In this document: one piece after another, positions 49,885 through 59,715 of the stretch | How the letters are laid out: every line of letters starts with the position of its first letter | Numbering within the stretch: the first letter of the stretch is position 1 | Assembly: GCA_017513085.1 (NCBI GenBank) | Contig: JAFWDK010000010.1 | Location: 323,995-387,994 of the forward strand | Reading direction: 5' to 3' | Length of the DNA: 64,000 bases | Source of the DNA: Clostridiales bacterium | GTDB taxonomy: Bacteria; Bacillota; Clostridia; Saccharofermentanales; Saccharofermentanaceae | Notes under the pieces: generated by a model | What the model was told of the DNA's origin: nothing | Seen by the model: only the letters and a program-made list of their open reading frames with translations | Database searches by the model: none | Translations under genes and position numbers: made by a program

Positions 49885-50625
49885 ATGGACAATCAGAGAC
49901 ATTGCTTAGTCACAGGTGGTTCTCGTGGGATCGGTGCTGCAACAGCTTATCGTTTTGCCAAAGAAGGCTATCGTATCACGTTCTTTTATCGGAGTGATGA
50001 TGAGTCAGCACAGTATACACTCGAAAAGATCCGACATATCAGTGCATATTGCCAGGCAATGAAAGTAGATATCCGCGACTTTGATGCCGTCTCTCACGCA
50101 GTACGGAGAGCCGAAGAAGAATTCGGTCCTATTGATGTACTGGTAAACAACGCCGGAGTCTCTAGAATTGCTCTTTTTACAAAAACAACAAGAGAACAAT
50201 GGCGGGATATGCTGGATACAAACATTAACGGACTTTACAACCTGACACAGGCTGTTCTCCCCTCCATGCTCCATCGCCACGAAGGGTCTATCGTCAATAT
50301 CTCTTCCATGTGGGGCGTTGTCGGTGCATCTTGCGAAGTAGCCTATTCCACGACAAAAGCCGCTATTATCGGTTTTACAAAAGCACTTGCCCAGGAAGTC
50401 GGGCCTTCCCATATCCGTGTAAACTGCGTTGCGCCAGGCGTGATCGATACGGAAATGAATGCAGGACTCGATGACGAGACCCGGGAAGAACTCAGTGAAA
50501 ATACCCCTTTGTGCCGAATCGGCACAGCGGAAGAAGTTGCCGATGCAGTCTATTATCTTGCTTCAGACAACGCTTCATTTATCACAGGACAGATCCTGGG
50601 TGTTAACGGAGGATTCATCACTTGA
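49885..50625 (+). CDS. SDR oxidoreductase, FabG/YmfI-like
   Basis: TGGSRGIG, NNAG, SSMWG..GASCEVAYSTTK (YxxxK, YmfI-like segment). Confidence 0.85.
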   Translation: MDNQRHCLVTGGSRGIGAATAYRFAKEGYRITFFYRSDDESAQYTLEKIRHISAYCQAMKVDIRDFDAVSHAVRRAEEEFGPIDVLVNNAGVSRIALFTKTTREQWRDMLDTNINGLYNLTQAVLPSMLHRHEGSIVNISSMWGVVGASCEVAYSTTKAAIIGFTKALAQEVGPSHIRVNCVAPGVIDTEMNAGLDDETREELSENTPLCRIGTAEEVADAVYYLASDNASFITGQILGVNGGFIT

Positions 50626-50647
50626 TTCCTTGAAAAAAATCACACGT

Positions 50648-50679
50648 AAAAAAAGAGGATGTCTTTCGACATCCTCTTT
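50648..50679. terminator. Terminator between convergent genes
   Basis: AAAGAGGATGTC / GACATCCTCTTT stem. Confidence 0.8.
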
Positions 50680-50704
50680 CATATTCTTCAATAATCTTTC
50701 TCGA

Positions 50705-51505
50705 TCACAGGAAAAGTTTTGTAAACATCCAGGATGCGAAAGAATCTGCGAAATAATAAGTAGCAAATGTTGCCAATGTAAACCAGAGGCATGTAGCCTT
50801 GCTCTTATTCTCCTTGTTGTTGATTGCATAATCATATACACAAAGGATAAGGAAGATCGTAGCAACCTGTGTGAAGATGGAAGAAATGGAGAAGAAATTG
50901 ATATCCAATGCAATATAGATCTTCGTGTTGATGAAAGCCAGAAGACGCATTGCAACCATCGGTACATATGCTAAACCAACTAAAGAAAGAGATGAAAGGA
51001 ATCCAAGCGGCTTAATACCAAAGATTCTTGTAAACAGAGCAATGATTCCCATAAGTGCTGCCAACGAAGCAACAACAATAAAGAACTCACAGAAAGCATG
51101 CTGAGCAACCTTAGACTTATAGTTAATGAGCGTAAGAACAAACTCAAGAATTACAAACAATCCTGCGCCGATCAAACCAAGAAGCCATCCTGAAGGCTTA
51201 GCACGATTCAGAACCGAATCTACCGGATTTGAGAAGAAATCCTTAAAGAAGCCACCGACATCCAGATCAATGTTGGACGGAGCCTTCGGAGCAGCTGCAA
51301 CAGGTGCTGCTACAGGTACTGCAACTGGTGCAACACCTACAGGCGCTGCCGGAGCTTGCTGAACAGGCTGAACCGGGGCTGGAGCCGGTGCTACAGGGGC
51401 CGGAGCCGGTGCTACAGGAGCAGTAGGAGCAGATAATGGAGCGCCACAATTAGAGCAACTTACACTTCCGTCCGGGACTTGAGTTCCACATTTTGAACAA
51501 AACAT
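50705..51505 (-). CDS. Zinc-ribbon domain membrane protein with a Pro/Ala linker
   Basis: Start ATG 51505 after SD AAGGAGG; CSKCG...CSNCG ribbon; P/A-rich linker containing a direct repeat at about 51381-51418; roughly five transmembrane helices. Confidence 0.82.
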   Translation of the reverse strand: MFCSKCGTQVPDGSVSCSNCGAPLSAPTAPVAPAPAPVAPAPAPVQPVQQAPAAPVGVAPVAVPVAAPVAAAPKAPSNIDLDVGGFFKDFFSNPVDSVLNRAKPSGWLLGLIGAGLFVILEFVLTLINYKSKVAQHAFCEFFIVVASLAALMGIIALFTRIFGIKPLGFLSSLSLVGLAYVPMVAMRLLAFINTKIYIALDINFFSISSIFTQVATIFLILCVYDYAINNKENKSKATCLWFTLATFATYYFADSFASWMFTKLFL

Positions 51506-51550
51506 AATAACCTCCTTTGCCGCTAATTGATAGCAACTGAAAAAATAAGG

Positions 51551-51627
51551 TGGTCGGAGTGACCTGACTTGAACAGGCGACCTCTTGCACCCCAAGCAAG
51601 CACTCTAGCCAGCTGAGCTACACCCCG
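51551..51627 (-). tRNA. tRNA-Pro (GGG)
   Basis: Minus strand CGGGGTG...CACTCCG-A-CCA; anticodon arm CTTGC-TTGGGGT-GCAAG; T-loop TTCAAGT. Confidence 0.95.
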
Positions 51628-51638
51628 ACGCTACATCA

Positions 51639-51666
51639 ATTCTAACATAACCATGATATGTGTCAA
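51639..51666 (-). promoter_or_regulatory. sigma-A promoter of tRNA-Pro
   Basis: TTGACA-N16-TAGAAT with extended -10 TG. Confidence 0.65.
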
Positions 51667-51691
51667 CCGAATTTAATCTCAAAAACGACGG

Positions 51692-51726
51692 AAAAAGCCC
51701 ACGTTTTCTAAGAAACGTGGGCTTTT
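51692..51726 (-). terminator. Intrinsic terminator of pnp
   Basis: AAAAGCCCACGTTT / AAACGTGGGCTTTT. Confidence 0.85.
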
Positions 51727-51746
51727 AGAAATCTGTAATTCAGAGA

Positions 51747-54008
51747 TCAGAATTCTCTGGAACGAGCACCCGGATGCGGCGGCTCAACATTATTGTTTTC
51801 ATCTGAAGAATCTCTTCTCTGACGCTTCTCGAAGCGGTCACCATGACCACCGTTTCTTCTCTCACGATTCGGACGGTCATTTCTTCTCGGAGCAGCTTCT
51901 TCTTCCACATAGCCTTCCGGCTTTTCCATACAATCACGCATGGAAAGGTTGTATCTGCCCTGGCTGTCAACCTCAAGGAGCTTAACTTTAACTACATCGC
52001 CTTCCTTAACAGCATCTTCAACATTCTCTACACGGCTCCAAGCCATCTTTGAGATATGTACCAGACCTTCTTTACCCGGCAGGAACTCTACAAAAGCACC
52101 GAACTGCATAAGTCTGGTTACGACACCTTCGTACTCGACACCGACTTCCGGATCAGCGACGATACCCTTGATGATAGCCATAGCCTTCGCAGCAGCTTCC
52201 TGGTCAGGAGTTGCAATATGCAGAATACCATCATCATTGATATCGATCTGTGCGCCTGTATCAGCAATGATCTTGTTAATTACCTTTCCGCCTGTACCGA
52301 TAACTTCACGGATCTTATCAACCGGGATCTGCATAGTAATGATTCTCGGAGCATACTTGGAAAGTTCAGCACGTGGAGCGGAAATTCTCGGCAGCAACAG
52401 TTCATTGATGATCTGGAGTCTGCCCTTATGTGTCAACTCGAAAGCCTTACGGATGATATCAAGAGAAAGACCATCAACCTTGATATCTACCTGGATAGAA
52501 GTGATACCTTCTGTTGTACCGGCAACCTTAAAGTCCATGTCGCCGAAGAAGTCTTCAATACCCTGGATATCCATAAATACGAGAAAATCGTTCTCATCTT
52601 CTTCATTTACGATCAAACCTGTAGAAATACCTGCTACCGGACGCTTGATCGGAACACCTGCATCCATAAGAGCAAGAGTACTTGCACAAACAGAACCCTG
52701 AGATGTGGAACCATTAGACATCAAGATCTCAGATACTGTACGGATAGCATACGGGAACTCTTCTTCAGAAGGAAGTACCGGAACAAGGGATCTCTCAGCC
52801 AGAGCACCGTGACCGATCTCACGACGTCCCGGAGAACGGGAAGCCTTCGCCTCACCTACAGAGTAACCAGGCATGTTGTAGTAGTGCATGTAGCGCTTGG
52901 TAACTTCGTTATCCAGACCATCAAGAGTCTGAGAGAAAGAAAGCGGCGCAAGAGTACATGTTGTCATAACCTGAGTCTGACCACGCTGGAAAAGACCGGA
53001 ACCATGTACACGCGGGAGAAGTCCGACATCACAGGACAACGGACGGATCTCATCCAAACGACGGCCGTCAACACGGACATGCTCTTTAAACAGATAATTA
53101 CGAACTACCTTCTTCTCAAGCTTATAAACAGCATCAGCCAGATACGGGAGATACTCTTCATTCTGCTCAGTGAGATACTCTTCGATTTCCTTTGTCAGAG
53201 CTTCAATGTTTGCATCACGAACGGACTTATCCACAGCGAGAACAGCTTGACGCATCTTCTCCCATGCAAAATCTTTAACCAGTGTGAATACCTCTTCCGG
53301 AACATCTGCAGATTCGTATGTGAACTTCTCTTTACCGATTTCAGCAACGATACTGTTAATGAAAGCAACGATCTCCTTGATGGTCTCATGACCGATAGCG
53401 ATCGCCTCAAGCATTGTCTCATCCGGAACCTCATTTGCGCCGGCCTCAACCATGCAGATCTTCTTAGCTGTACCGGCAAGTGTAACATACATACGGCTCT
53501 GATTTCTCTGCTCTTCTGTCGGGTTGATGATAACATCATCTCCGATAAGGCCAAGCACAACACCACCAACCGGGCCATTCCACGGAATATCAGAAATAGC
53601 GATAGCAATAGATGTACCGATCATTGCTGCGATCTCAGGAGAGCAATCCTGATCAACAGACATAACCATATTGGAAACAACTACGTCGTTTCTCAGATCC
53701 TTCGGGAACAAAGGTCGGATCGGACGGTCGATAACACGTGAAGTCAGGATCGCCTTCTCAGAAGGACGTCCTTCTCTCTTAATGTAACCACCCGGGATCT
53801 TACCGACAGCATACATCTTCTCTTCATAGTCAACAGACAGAGGGAAAAAGTCAACACCCTCACGCGGAGTCTTAGAAGCTGTTACTGTAGAAAGGATAAC
53901 TGTCTCACCATAACGGATAAGACATGCACCATTAGTAAACTGAGCAAGCTTGCCTGTTTCCACAACAAGCGGACGGCCTGCCAGTTCCGTCTTAAAAATA
54001 CGTTCCAT
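51747..54008 (-). CDS. pnp: Polyribonucleotide nucleotidyltransferase
   Basis: FFPLSVDYEEK, RVDGR, RREIGHG, SNGSTS, DMDFKVAGT, KH and S1 domains; start ATG 54008 after SD GGAGG. Confidence 0.98.
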   Translation of the reverse strand: MERIFKTELAGRPLVVETGKLAQFTNGACLIRYGETVILSTVTASKTPREGVDFFPLSVDYEEKMYAVGKIPGGYIKREGRPSEKAILTSRVIDRPIRPLFPKDLRNDVVVSNMVMSVDQDCSPEIAAMIGTSIAIAISDIPWNGPVGGVVLGLIGDDVIINPTEEQRNQSRMYVTLAGTAKKICMVEAGANEVPDETMLEAIAIGHETIKEIVAFINSIVAEIGKEKFTYESADVPEEVFTLVKDFAWEKMRQAVLAVDKSVRDANIEALTKEIEEYLTEQNEEYLPYLADAVYKLEKKVVRNYLFKEHVRVDGRRLDEIRPLSCDVGLLPRVHGSGLFQRGQTQVMTTCTLAPLSFSQTLDGLDNEVTKRYMHYYNMPGYSVGEAKASRSPGRREIGHGALAERSLVPVLPSEEEFPYAIRTVSEILMSNGSTSQGSVCASTLALMDAGVPIKRPVAGISTGLIVNEEDENDFLVFMDIQGIEDFFGDMDFKVAGTTEGITSIQVDIKVDGLSLDIIRKAFELTHKGRLQIINELLLPRISAPRAELSKYAPRIITMQIPVDKIREVIGTGGKVINKIIADTGAQIDINDDGILHIATPDQEAAAKAMAIIKGIVADPEVGVEYEGVVTRLMQFGAFVEFLPGKEGLVHISKMAWSRVENVEDAVKEGDVVKVKLLEVDSQGRYNLSMRDCMEKPEGYVEEEAAPRRNDRPNRERRNGGHGDRFEKRQRRDSSDENNNVEPPHPGARSREF

Positions 54009-54210
54009 ATTTACCTCCAATTTTGTTTTTCAGGAGGTAGCTTGTAGATTCATACTCCGTACAAGTCGGGATATCAATCTACCCACTACGCTCCCATAAT
54101 GATGAAATATGCGTCTAACGCAACAAATCTATATTAAATATAAGTAATTGAAAAATCAAGTTTTTTTCCAAAATCTCAAAGTCTTCACGAATCGTATACG
54201 ATCCGAAAAT

Positions 54211-54244
54211 AAAAAAACTGCCTCTGGCAAAAACCAAAGGCAGT
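54211..54244 (-). terminator. Intrinsic terminator of rpsO
   Basis: ACTGCCT.TGG / CCA.AGGCAGT stem with a T-run on the minus strand. Confidence 0.7.
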
Positions 54245-54266
54245 CCGAAAATCCTGGAAAAACCAA

Positions 54267-54530
54267 TCACTTTCTGATGTTCAAACGGGAAATGATTGAA
54301 CGATAACGCTCGATGTCGATACGAGCAAGGTAATCAAGAAGACCTCTTCTCTGACCTACCAGCATCAGCAGTCCACGACGGCTGTGGTGGTCATTCTTGT
54401 GAACCTTAAGGTGCTCAGTGAGGTGGTTGATTCTTGCAGAAAGAATAGCAATCTGTACCTCAGGAGAACCTGTGTCACCCTCTTTAAGAGCGTACTCTTT
54501 GATGATCTCAGCTTTGTTGATCTGTCCCAT
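54267..54530 (-). CDS. rpsO: 30S ribosomal protein S15
   Basis: [29 protein letters not shown]. Confidence 0.98.
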   Translation of the reverse strand: MGQINKAEIIKEYALKEGDTGSPEVQIAILSARINHLTEHLKVHKNDHHSRRGLLMLVGQRRGLLDYLARIDIERYRSIISRLNIRK

Positions 54531-54550
54531 AGTTATATACCTCCATAATC

Positions 54551-54597
54551 CTGTAGCAAAGTAAATGGTCGGAACCTTCCATAAACTGTGTCTACGG
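54551..54597 (-). ncRNA. Probable Firmicute-type S15 (rpsO) leader RNA
   Basis: Minus strand GTAG..CA..AGT..ATGG-aaggttccga-CCAT..ACT..TG-CTAC nested stem between promoter and rpsO SD; family assigned from position and shape only. Confidence 0.55.
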
Positions 54598-54644
54598 CAA
54601 AAATACTTGGGTATATTAACACAAAGACCGTCACTTGTAAAGCC

Positions 54645-55772
54645 TTACGGCGTATTTATCTTGATATATCTCTGTTTGGCACCGTATTCGATCGATTGGA
54701 TGAGTTTTGACATCTCCTCCTCATTGTACGGCGCATGAACGACCTCAAGACCACGCCATGTATTACGGCCGGAAGTTTTAGACATGTACATCGCCTGGTC
54801 TGCCAGATTCACATGGTCAGCCACAGAAAGTGCCGTCGGCTTCTCATCAAAGAGCGGGAAAGGTGTATACCCTACACTGCAAGTCACAGAACGATTCTTG
54901 TCGCCATGACCGGTGATCCGCACATTCTTGGCAAAGACCGCCCTGATATTTTCCGCGTAAGACTCGAAGCTCTCCGGATATACCATGGTTACGATAAGAA
55001 GGAATTCCTCGCCGCCATTTCGGATCACTACACCCTTGTTGCCGACGATTTTACGCAAAGTCTTTCCTACCAAAGCCAGGATCACGTCTCCGTACTGATG
55101 ACCGAACTCATCGTTAATGTACTTAAAGTGATCAATATCGATCATGTAAATGGCAAACATGGAACTTCCATATGTTCTCAGATCTCCCTGTTTCTTGATA
55201 TCACAGAGCATCTCGGTCTTCAGCATCTGCGAAAGCACTTGCGTGAAATACTTCCGGTTAAAGCATCCGGTCGTCTCGTCATAATATTTTTCGTTACTGG
55301 CTACCGTAATATACTTATCTATCGAATCGACCCACGTCCCGGTCGATGACACTTTAATAAACGGGTTATCTTCGACCAGTTGGCGCATCTCGATCGGGAA
55401 AGCCGAAGCTGCATCTTCAGTCTTCTTTTGAATTTGTCCGATAATATTTTCCGTTGGCGAGAAGATCAGTTTGTCATATAAAAGAACAAAAAAGGTTCCC
55501 ATCAGGAAATCGATAAAGATCATGCCCAAAACGATCGTTAACAGGATCATGCCCTGCGTACGTCCCATGGTCCCCCATTTCGGAAAAACCGTATAATCAA
55601 GGATGTAGGAAAGAAATGCATAGAGAAATAAACCTACGATCGAAGAAAAGAGCGTAGTTGACATGTAAATGAAGGTAGCCGCTTCTGACAGTTTTTTCCA
55701 CTTGCCGACAGCGAATACGCCTTCAAAGAACTTTCTTATTTTACGCACCTCGTAAAAGAAAGCCATTTTCAT
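54645..55772 (-). CDS. Membrane-anchored diguanylate cyclase (GGDEF domain)
   Basis: Two N-terminal transmembrane helices; DETTGCFNR, DIDHFKYIND.FGH..GD, RNGGEEF, ADQAMY.SK..GRN. Confidence 0.9.
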   Translation of the reverse strand: MKMAFFYEVRKIRKFFEGVFAVGKWKKLSEAATFIYMSTTLFSSIVGLFLYAFLSYILDYTVFPKWGTMGRTQGMILLTIVLGMIFIDFLMGTFFVLLYDKLIFSPTENIIGQIQKKTEDAASAFPIEMRQLVEDNPFIKVSSTGTWVDSIDKYITVASNEKYYDETTGCFNRKYFTQVLSQMLKTEMLCDIKKQGDLRTYGSSMFAIYMIDIDHFKYINDEFGHQYGDVILALVGKTLRKIVGNKGVVIRNGGEEFLLIVTMVYPESFESYAENIRAVFAKNVRITGHGDKNRSVTCSVGYTPFPLFDEKPTALSVADHVNLADQAMYMSKTSGRNTWRGLEVVHAPYNEEEMSKLIQSIEYGAKQRYIKINTP

Positions 55773-55967
55773 CCCCCATAGTATCGCATCTTACTAAGAA
55801 TTATATCATTTGACAAAGTTGACAAATGAGAATTATCTGTAAACAATAAACAAACCGGCACATCCTAATAAAATTTGAAGGGTGTTTCCTCTTTACTTTC
55901 TTCAAGTTATGATTTAGCATTGTTTAGGTAATTTAATTACCACTATTTATATAAAGGAGTGCATATT

Positions 55968-57626
55968 ATGAATCTTTCACCACTTCAGAAAGCAAGATAT
56001 GAGTATCAGCCGAAGCTTCCGGGCATGCTCAGAAACGGTATCGCAGAAATCTGCGTAAAAGAAGGTGCTGCAACAGCCAGTGTTGCAGATCAGGACAAGA
56101 TCAAGGCTCTGTTCCCGAACACATATGGTAAGCCGGAGATCACATTTGAAAAAGGCCAGAACACATCTGCTGTCAAGAAGCAGGTCGTAGGCGTTATCCT
56201 TTCCGGTGGACAGGCTCCGGGCGGACACAACGTTATTTCCGGTCTCTATGATGCTCTTAAGGCAACAAACAGTGAGAACGTTCTCCTCGGCTTCAAGGGT
56301 GGCCCGGATGGTCTTCTTAAGAACGATTACGTAGAGTTTGATGACAAGTTCATCGATTCTTACAGAAATACAGGTGGTTTTGATATCATCGGTTCCGGTC
56401 GTACAAAACTCGAGACAGAAGAGCAGTTCAACATCGTTGCCGAGAATGCTAAGAAGAATGGTCTTACTGCTATCGTAATCATCGGTGGTGACGATTCCAA
56501 TACAAATGCTGCTACACTCGCTGAGTATATGGCTGCTAAGAACACAGGCATTCAGGTTATCGGTTGTCCGAAAACGATCGATGGTGACCTTAAGAACGAG
56601 GACATCGAGGCTTCTTTCGGTTTCGATACCGCTACAAAGACATATTCCGAGCTCATCGGTAATATCGAGCGTGATGCAAACTCTGCCAAGAAATACTGGC
56701 ACTTCATCAAAGTAATGGGCCGTTCCGCTTCTCACGTTGCTCTTGAGTGCGCTCTGGAGACACAGCCGAACATCTGCCTGATCGGTGAAGAAGTTGCCGC
56801 AAAGAAGATGTCTCTTGCACAGATCACAAACTACATCGCTGACGCCGTTGAAACACGTGGCAATAATGGAGAAAACTTCGGTGTTGCAATCATTCCGGAA
56901 GGTATCGTAGAATTCGTTCCGGAGTTCTCTGCCCTCATTGCTGAAATCAATGAACTGCTCGCTGGTGACAACACCGCCAAGTTCAATGCTCTTCCTGATT
57001 GGAACGCTAAGTATGAATTCATCAAGGCAGGTCTTTCTGCTGATTCCTTCAAGGTTTTCGATATCCTTCCGCAGGGCATCCAGCAGCAGCTCTTCCTTGA
57101 GCGTGACCCGCACGGTAATGTTCAGGTTTCCCTCATCGAGTCCGAGAAGCTCTTCTCCGAGATGGTTAAGGCTGAGCTCGCTAAGAGAAAAGAAGCCGGC
57201 ACATACAAGGGCAAATTCGGTGCACAGCATCACTTCTTCGGTTATGAAGGCCGTTGTGCTTTCCCGAGTAACTTCGATGCTGACTACTGCTACTCACTTG
57301 GTTTCAACGCTTTCATGTTGATCCAGTACGGTTTCACAGGATACCTTTCTAAGGTTTCTAACATCTCCAAGCCGGCTGAAGAGTGGATCGCTGGCGGTAT
57401 GCCGATCACAAAGATGATGAACATGGAAAGAAGAAACGGTCAGGACAAGCCTGTTATCCGCAAGGCTCTTGTAGAGCTCGATGGCAAGCCGTTCAAGTAC
57501 TTTGAAGTAAACCGTGAAAAGTGGGCTGTTGAAACATCCTTCACCTACCCGGGTGCTATCCAGTACTATGGACCTGCTGAAGTTTGCGATCTGACAACCA
57601 GAACTCTGGCTCTTGAGCATTCCTGA
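55968..57626 (+). CDS. pfp: Pyrophosphate-dependent phosphofructokinase (long clade)
   Basis: [17 protein letters not shown] (Asp of PPi-type enzymes), PKTIDGD, MGRSASH, GYEGR. Confidence 0.96.
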   Translation: MNLSPLQKARYEYQPKLPGMLRNGIAEICVKEGAATASVADQDKIKALFPNTYGKPEITFEKGQNTSAVKKQVVGVILSGGQAPGGHNVISGLYDALKATNSENVLLGFKGGPDGLLKNDYVEFDDKFIDSYRNTGGFDIIGSGRTKLETEEQFNIVAENAKKNGLTAIVIIGGDDSNTNAATLAEYMAAKNTGIQVIGCPKTIDGDLKNEDIEASFGFDTATKTYSELIGNIERDANSAKKYWHFIKVMGRSASHVALECALETQPNICLIGEEVAAKKMSLAQITNYIADAVETRGNNGENFGVAIIPEGIVEFVPEFSALIAEINELLAGDNTAKFNALPDWNAKYEFIKAGLSADSFKVFDILPQGIQQQLFLERDPHGNVQVSLIESEKLFSEMVKAELAKRKEAGTYKGKFGAQHHFFGYEGRCAFPSNFDADYCYSLGFNAFMLIQYGFTGYLSKVSNISKPAEEWIAGGMPITKMMNMERRNGQDKPVIRKALVELDGKPFKYFEVNREKWAVETSFTYPGAIQYYGPAEVCDLTTRTLALEHS

Positions 57627-57653
57627 TGATCAGATAATCAATAACGGAAACGT

Positions 57654-57685
57654 AGTCCGTCCCGAAATCGGGACGGACTTTTTTT
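57654..57685 (+). terminator. Intrinsic terminator of pfp
   Basis: AGTCCGTCCCGA / TCGGGACGGACT followed by a T-run. Confidence 0.88.
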
Positions 57686-57742
57686 CTCATCAACTTCTAT
57701 CAATTCTGGTATAATCACAAAAAAACAACAGGAGTACATCGG

Positions 57743-58234
57743 ATGACACGCATTCAACACCCGTTTGAACCGTTATATAACGAAAACAGCAGAGTCCTGA
57801 TCCTTGGCTCGTTCCCGTCTGTCAAATCAAGAGAGCAGCAATTCTTCTACGGTCACCCACAGAACAGGTTTTGGAAAGTTATGTCAGTGCTTTTCAATGA
57901 GGAAACGCCAAAAACGATTCCTGAGAAAAAGCACTTGATCCTTACCCACCATCTGGCGCTTTGGGATTCTATCGCATCGTGCGAGATCACAGGTTCTTCC
58001 GATGCTTCCATCCGAGACGCGAAGGCAAACGATATCTCTTTGATCCTTTCCAATTGTCCCATTGAGAAAATAATATGTAATGGTAAGAAATCCCACGAAC
58101 TTTACCGGAAATATATTGAAAAGCAAACCGGTCTAAGTGCCATATGTCTTCCTTCCACGAGTCCTGCTAATGCTGCATGGACGCTGGAAAAGCTTGTCGC
58201 TGCCTGGTCAGTGATCAAAGAGGATAATATATAA
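57743..58234 (+). CDS. DNA-deoxyinosine (hypoxanthine) glycosylase, UDG superfamily family 6
   Basis: LILGSFPSVKS, FYGHPQNRFW, GSSDASI, LPSTSPAN. Confidence 0.88.
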   Translation: MTRIQHPFEPLYNENSRVLILGSFPSVKSREQQFFYGHPQNRFWKVMSVLFNEETPKTIPEKKHLILTHHLALWDSIASCEITGSSDASIRDAKANDISLILSNCPIEKIICNGKKSHELYRKYIEKQTGLSAICLPSTSPANAAWTLEKLVAAWSVIKEDNI

Positions 58235-58262
58235 AAAAGGCTTCGGGAACCCGGAGCCTTTT
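58233..58262. terminator. Bidirectional terminator
   Basis: AAAAGGCTTCGG / CCGGAGCCTTTT between convergent genes. Confidence 0.8.
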
Positions 58263-58286
58263 GTCATCAGTACCTTTTCAACATTC

Positions 58287-59645
58287 TCAATCTTCAAACT
58301 CAGGGAGTGTCGTGATCCGGATCCCCTTATTCTTTGCGTACAGAGAAAGGATCGCGCTGGCGTTTCCGGCATCACCGATAAACAGTCCAAGATTTGAATC
58401 TACATTCCAGGGCTTCACCCGTGTCCAGGCATCATACCATCTTCTCCCGTTATCATCAACATAAGCATCGTTCAAAATCGTATTGGCAGTCCTTGCGGCC
58501 AAGGAAACATTTACCTGGCCGGGTACAAGTTCCGTTTCAGTAAGAAAGTGCAGCAGGAATCCCGAAGTACCGCAGCAGATGCAGTGGTTCCAGTATCCTC
58601 GCGAACGTTTTTCAGGAACACCGGCATTGATCAAAGCCTGGTTAAATTTCCTATATCCATCCAAATACTTCTCATCACCGGTTACCTTATAGAGTTTTCT
58701 ATAAACTACTGCCGAACCGACAGGTCCATGACACAGACTAAGATAAAAAACGTCATAAGGCTTCTCCTCACCCGGGAGATAGATATATGGGATGATCTGT
58801 GAATTCTCATCACGAATGGCTATCTTCTCAAGAAAATTGATTCCACGTTCTGCCAGGCGAAGATACTTTTCATCTTTCGATGCTTCATAATATAGTGTCA
58901 AAAGATAAACTATACCTGCAGTACCATGTGCAAAATTTGCTATGATCCCTTTGTCCGGCACTTCCGGGAAATAATCATGTACGTTGAGAAGATTCCAATG
59001 AATCGTCTTTTCATCATCTTCGATACGAAGATCCAAAATGGAATCCAGGCTTGTCTTTGCATAGGTAAGATACTTGCTTTCCGAAGTCAGCTTGAATATT
59101 CTGATCCAGTATGAGATCACGCTTCCATCTCCCATATAATCATACAAGCTCTTCCAATGGATTCGAAGACCATCTGCGGTTTCTTCTTTAATGGCCTTGT
59201 CGTAAATGTCATTAGCGATGCGTACTGCATGATCGAAGTACCTCTTCTCACCTGTCTTATCATGAAGGAGCAGAGCCAGGAATCCCTCACCTGCGGTTCC
59301 CGTGTGAAGCCCTGGTTTGACCGACAGATCCGGCTCGTATGTACGGATAAGGAATTCCAAACCTTTCTTGGCTTCATCAAGATATTTCTCATCTTTCGTA
59401 ACTTCATAAAGCTGAATGAAAAAGAAACCGATTCCTGCAGCACCGGAATACAAAGTACGATTGCTTAAATAAGTTTCTTCCACTTCGTCAGTTTTTTTTC
59501 CTTCCTGACAATTGACCGCCCAATGGCGTCCGTTTTCGTCATTGATCTCATGCTTCTTGATCCATTTTGCCGTTTCAATGGCACCTTTCAAATAATCTTC
59601 ATCACTTGTCGGATGAAATACATCCGGTAACGCTATTTTTCTCAT
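58287..59645 (-). CDS. Stand-alone lanthionine synthetase C-like (LanC-like) protein
   Basis: Repeated GxxG barrel motifs (LYSGAAG, LHTGTAG, YMGDG, FAHGTAG, LCHGPVG, ICCGTSG, LFIGDAG); start ATG 59645 after SD GAGGTG. Confidence 0.85.
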   Translation of the reverse strand: MRKIALPDVFHPTSDEDYLKGAIETAKWIKKHEINDENGRHWAVNCQEGKKTDEVEETYLSNRTLYSGAAGIGFFFIQLYEVTKDEKYLDEAKKGLEFLIRTYEPDLSVKPGLHTGTAGEGFLALLLHDKTGEKRYFDHAVRIANDIYDKAIKEETADGLRIHWKSLYDYMGDGSVISYWIRIFKLTSESKYLTYAKTSLDSILDLRIEDDEKTIHWNLLNVHDYFPEVPDKGIIANFAHGTAGIVYLLTLYYEASKDEKYLRLAERGINFLEKIAIRDENSQIIPYIYLPGEEKPYDVFYLSLCHGPVGSAVVYRKLYKVTGDEKYLDGYRKFNQALINAGVPEKRSRGYWNHCICCGTSGFLLHFLTETELVPGQVNVSLAARTANTILNDAYVDDNGRRWYDAWTRVKPWNVDSNLGLFIGDAGNASAILSLYAKNKGIRITTLPEFED

Positions 59646-59715
59646 ACATTTCACCTCATATATCTCACTTTTGATTTTGATTCATTCACATGTGCAAATC
59701 ATTTTCTTAACGAGA

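Noticed and set aside
51506-51595. N-terminal extension of the zinc-ribbon ORF in the track
   Set aside because: It reads through tRNA-Pro; the real start is ATG 51505 with SD AAGGAGG.
47814-51627. Region between the two tRNAs as a genomic island
   Set aside because: No integrase and no duplicated tRNA 3' end (att site) seen; the genes look like ordinary chromosomal genes.
52056-53741. 561-aa antisense ORF inside pnp
   Set aside because: Codon-register mirror of a highly expressed gene whose codon bias removes stops on the opposite strand; no motifs or SD. The same effect appears at glyA, purB, pfp and the hyd genes.
55977-57233. 418-aa antisense ORF inside pfp
   Set aside because: Shadow of a strongly codon-biased glycolytic gene.
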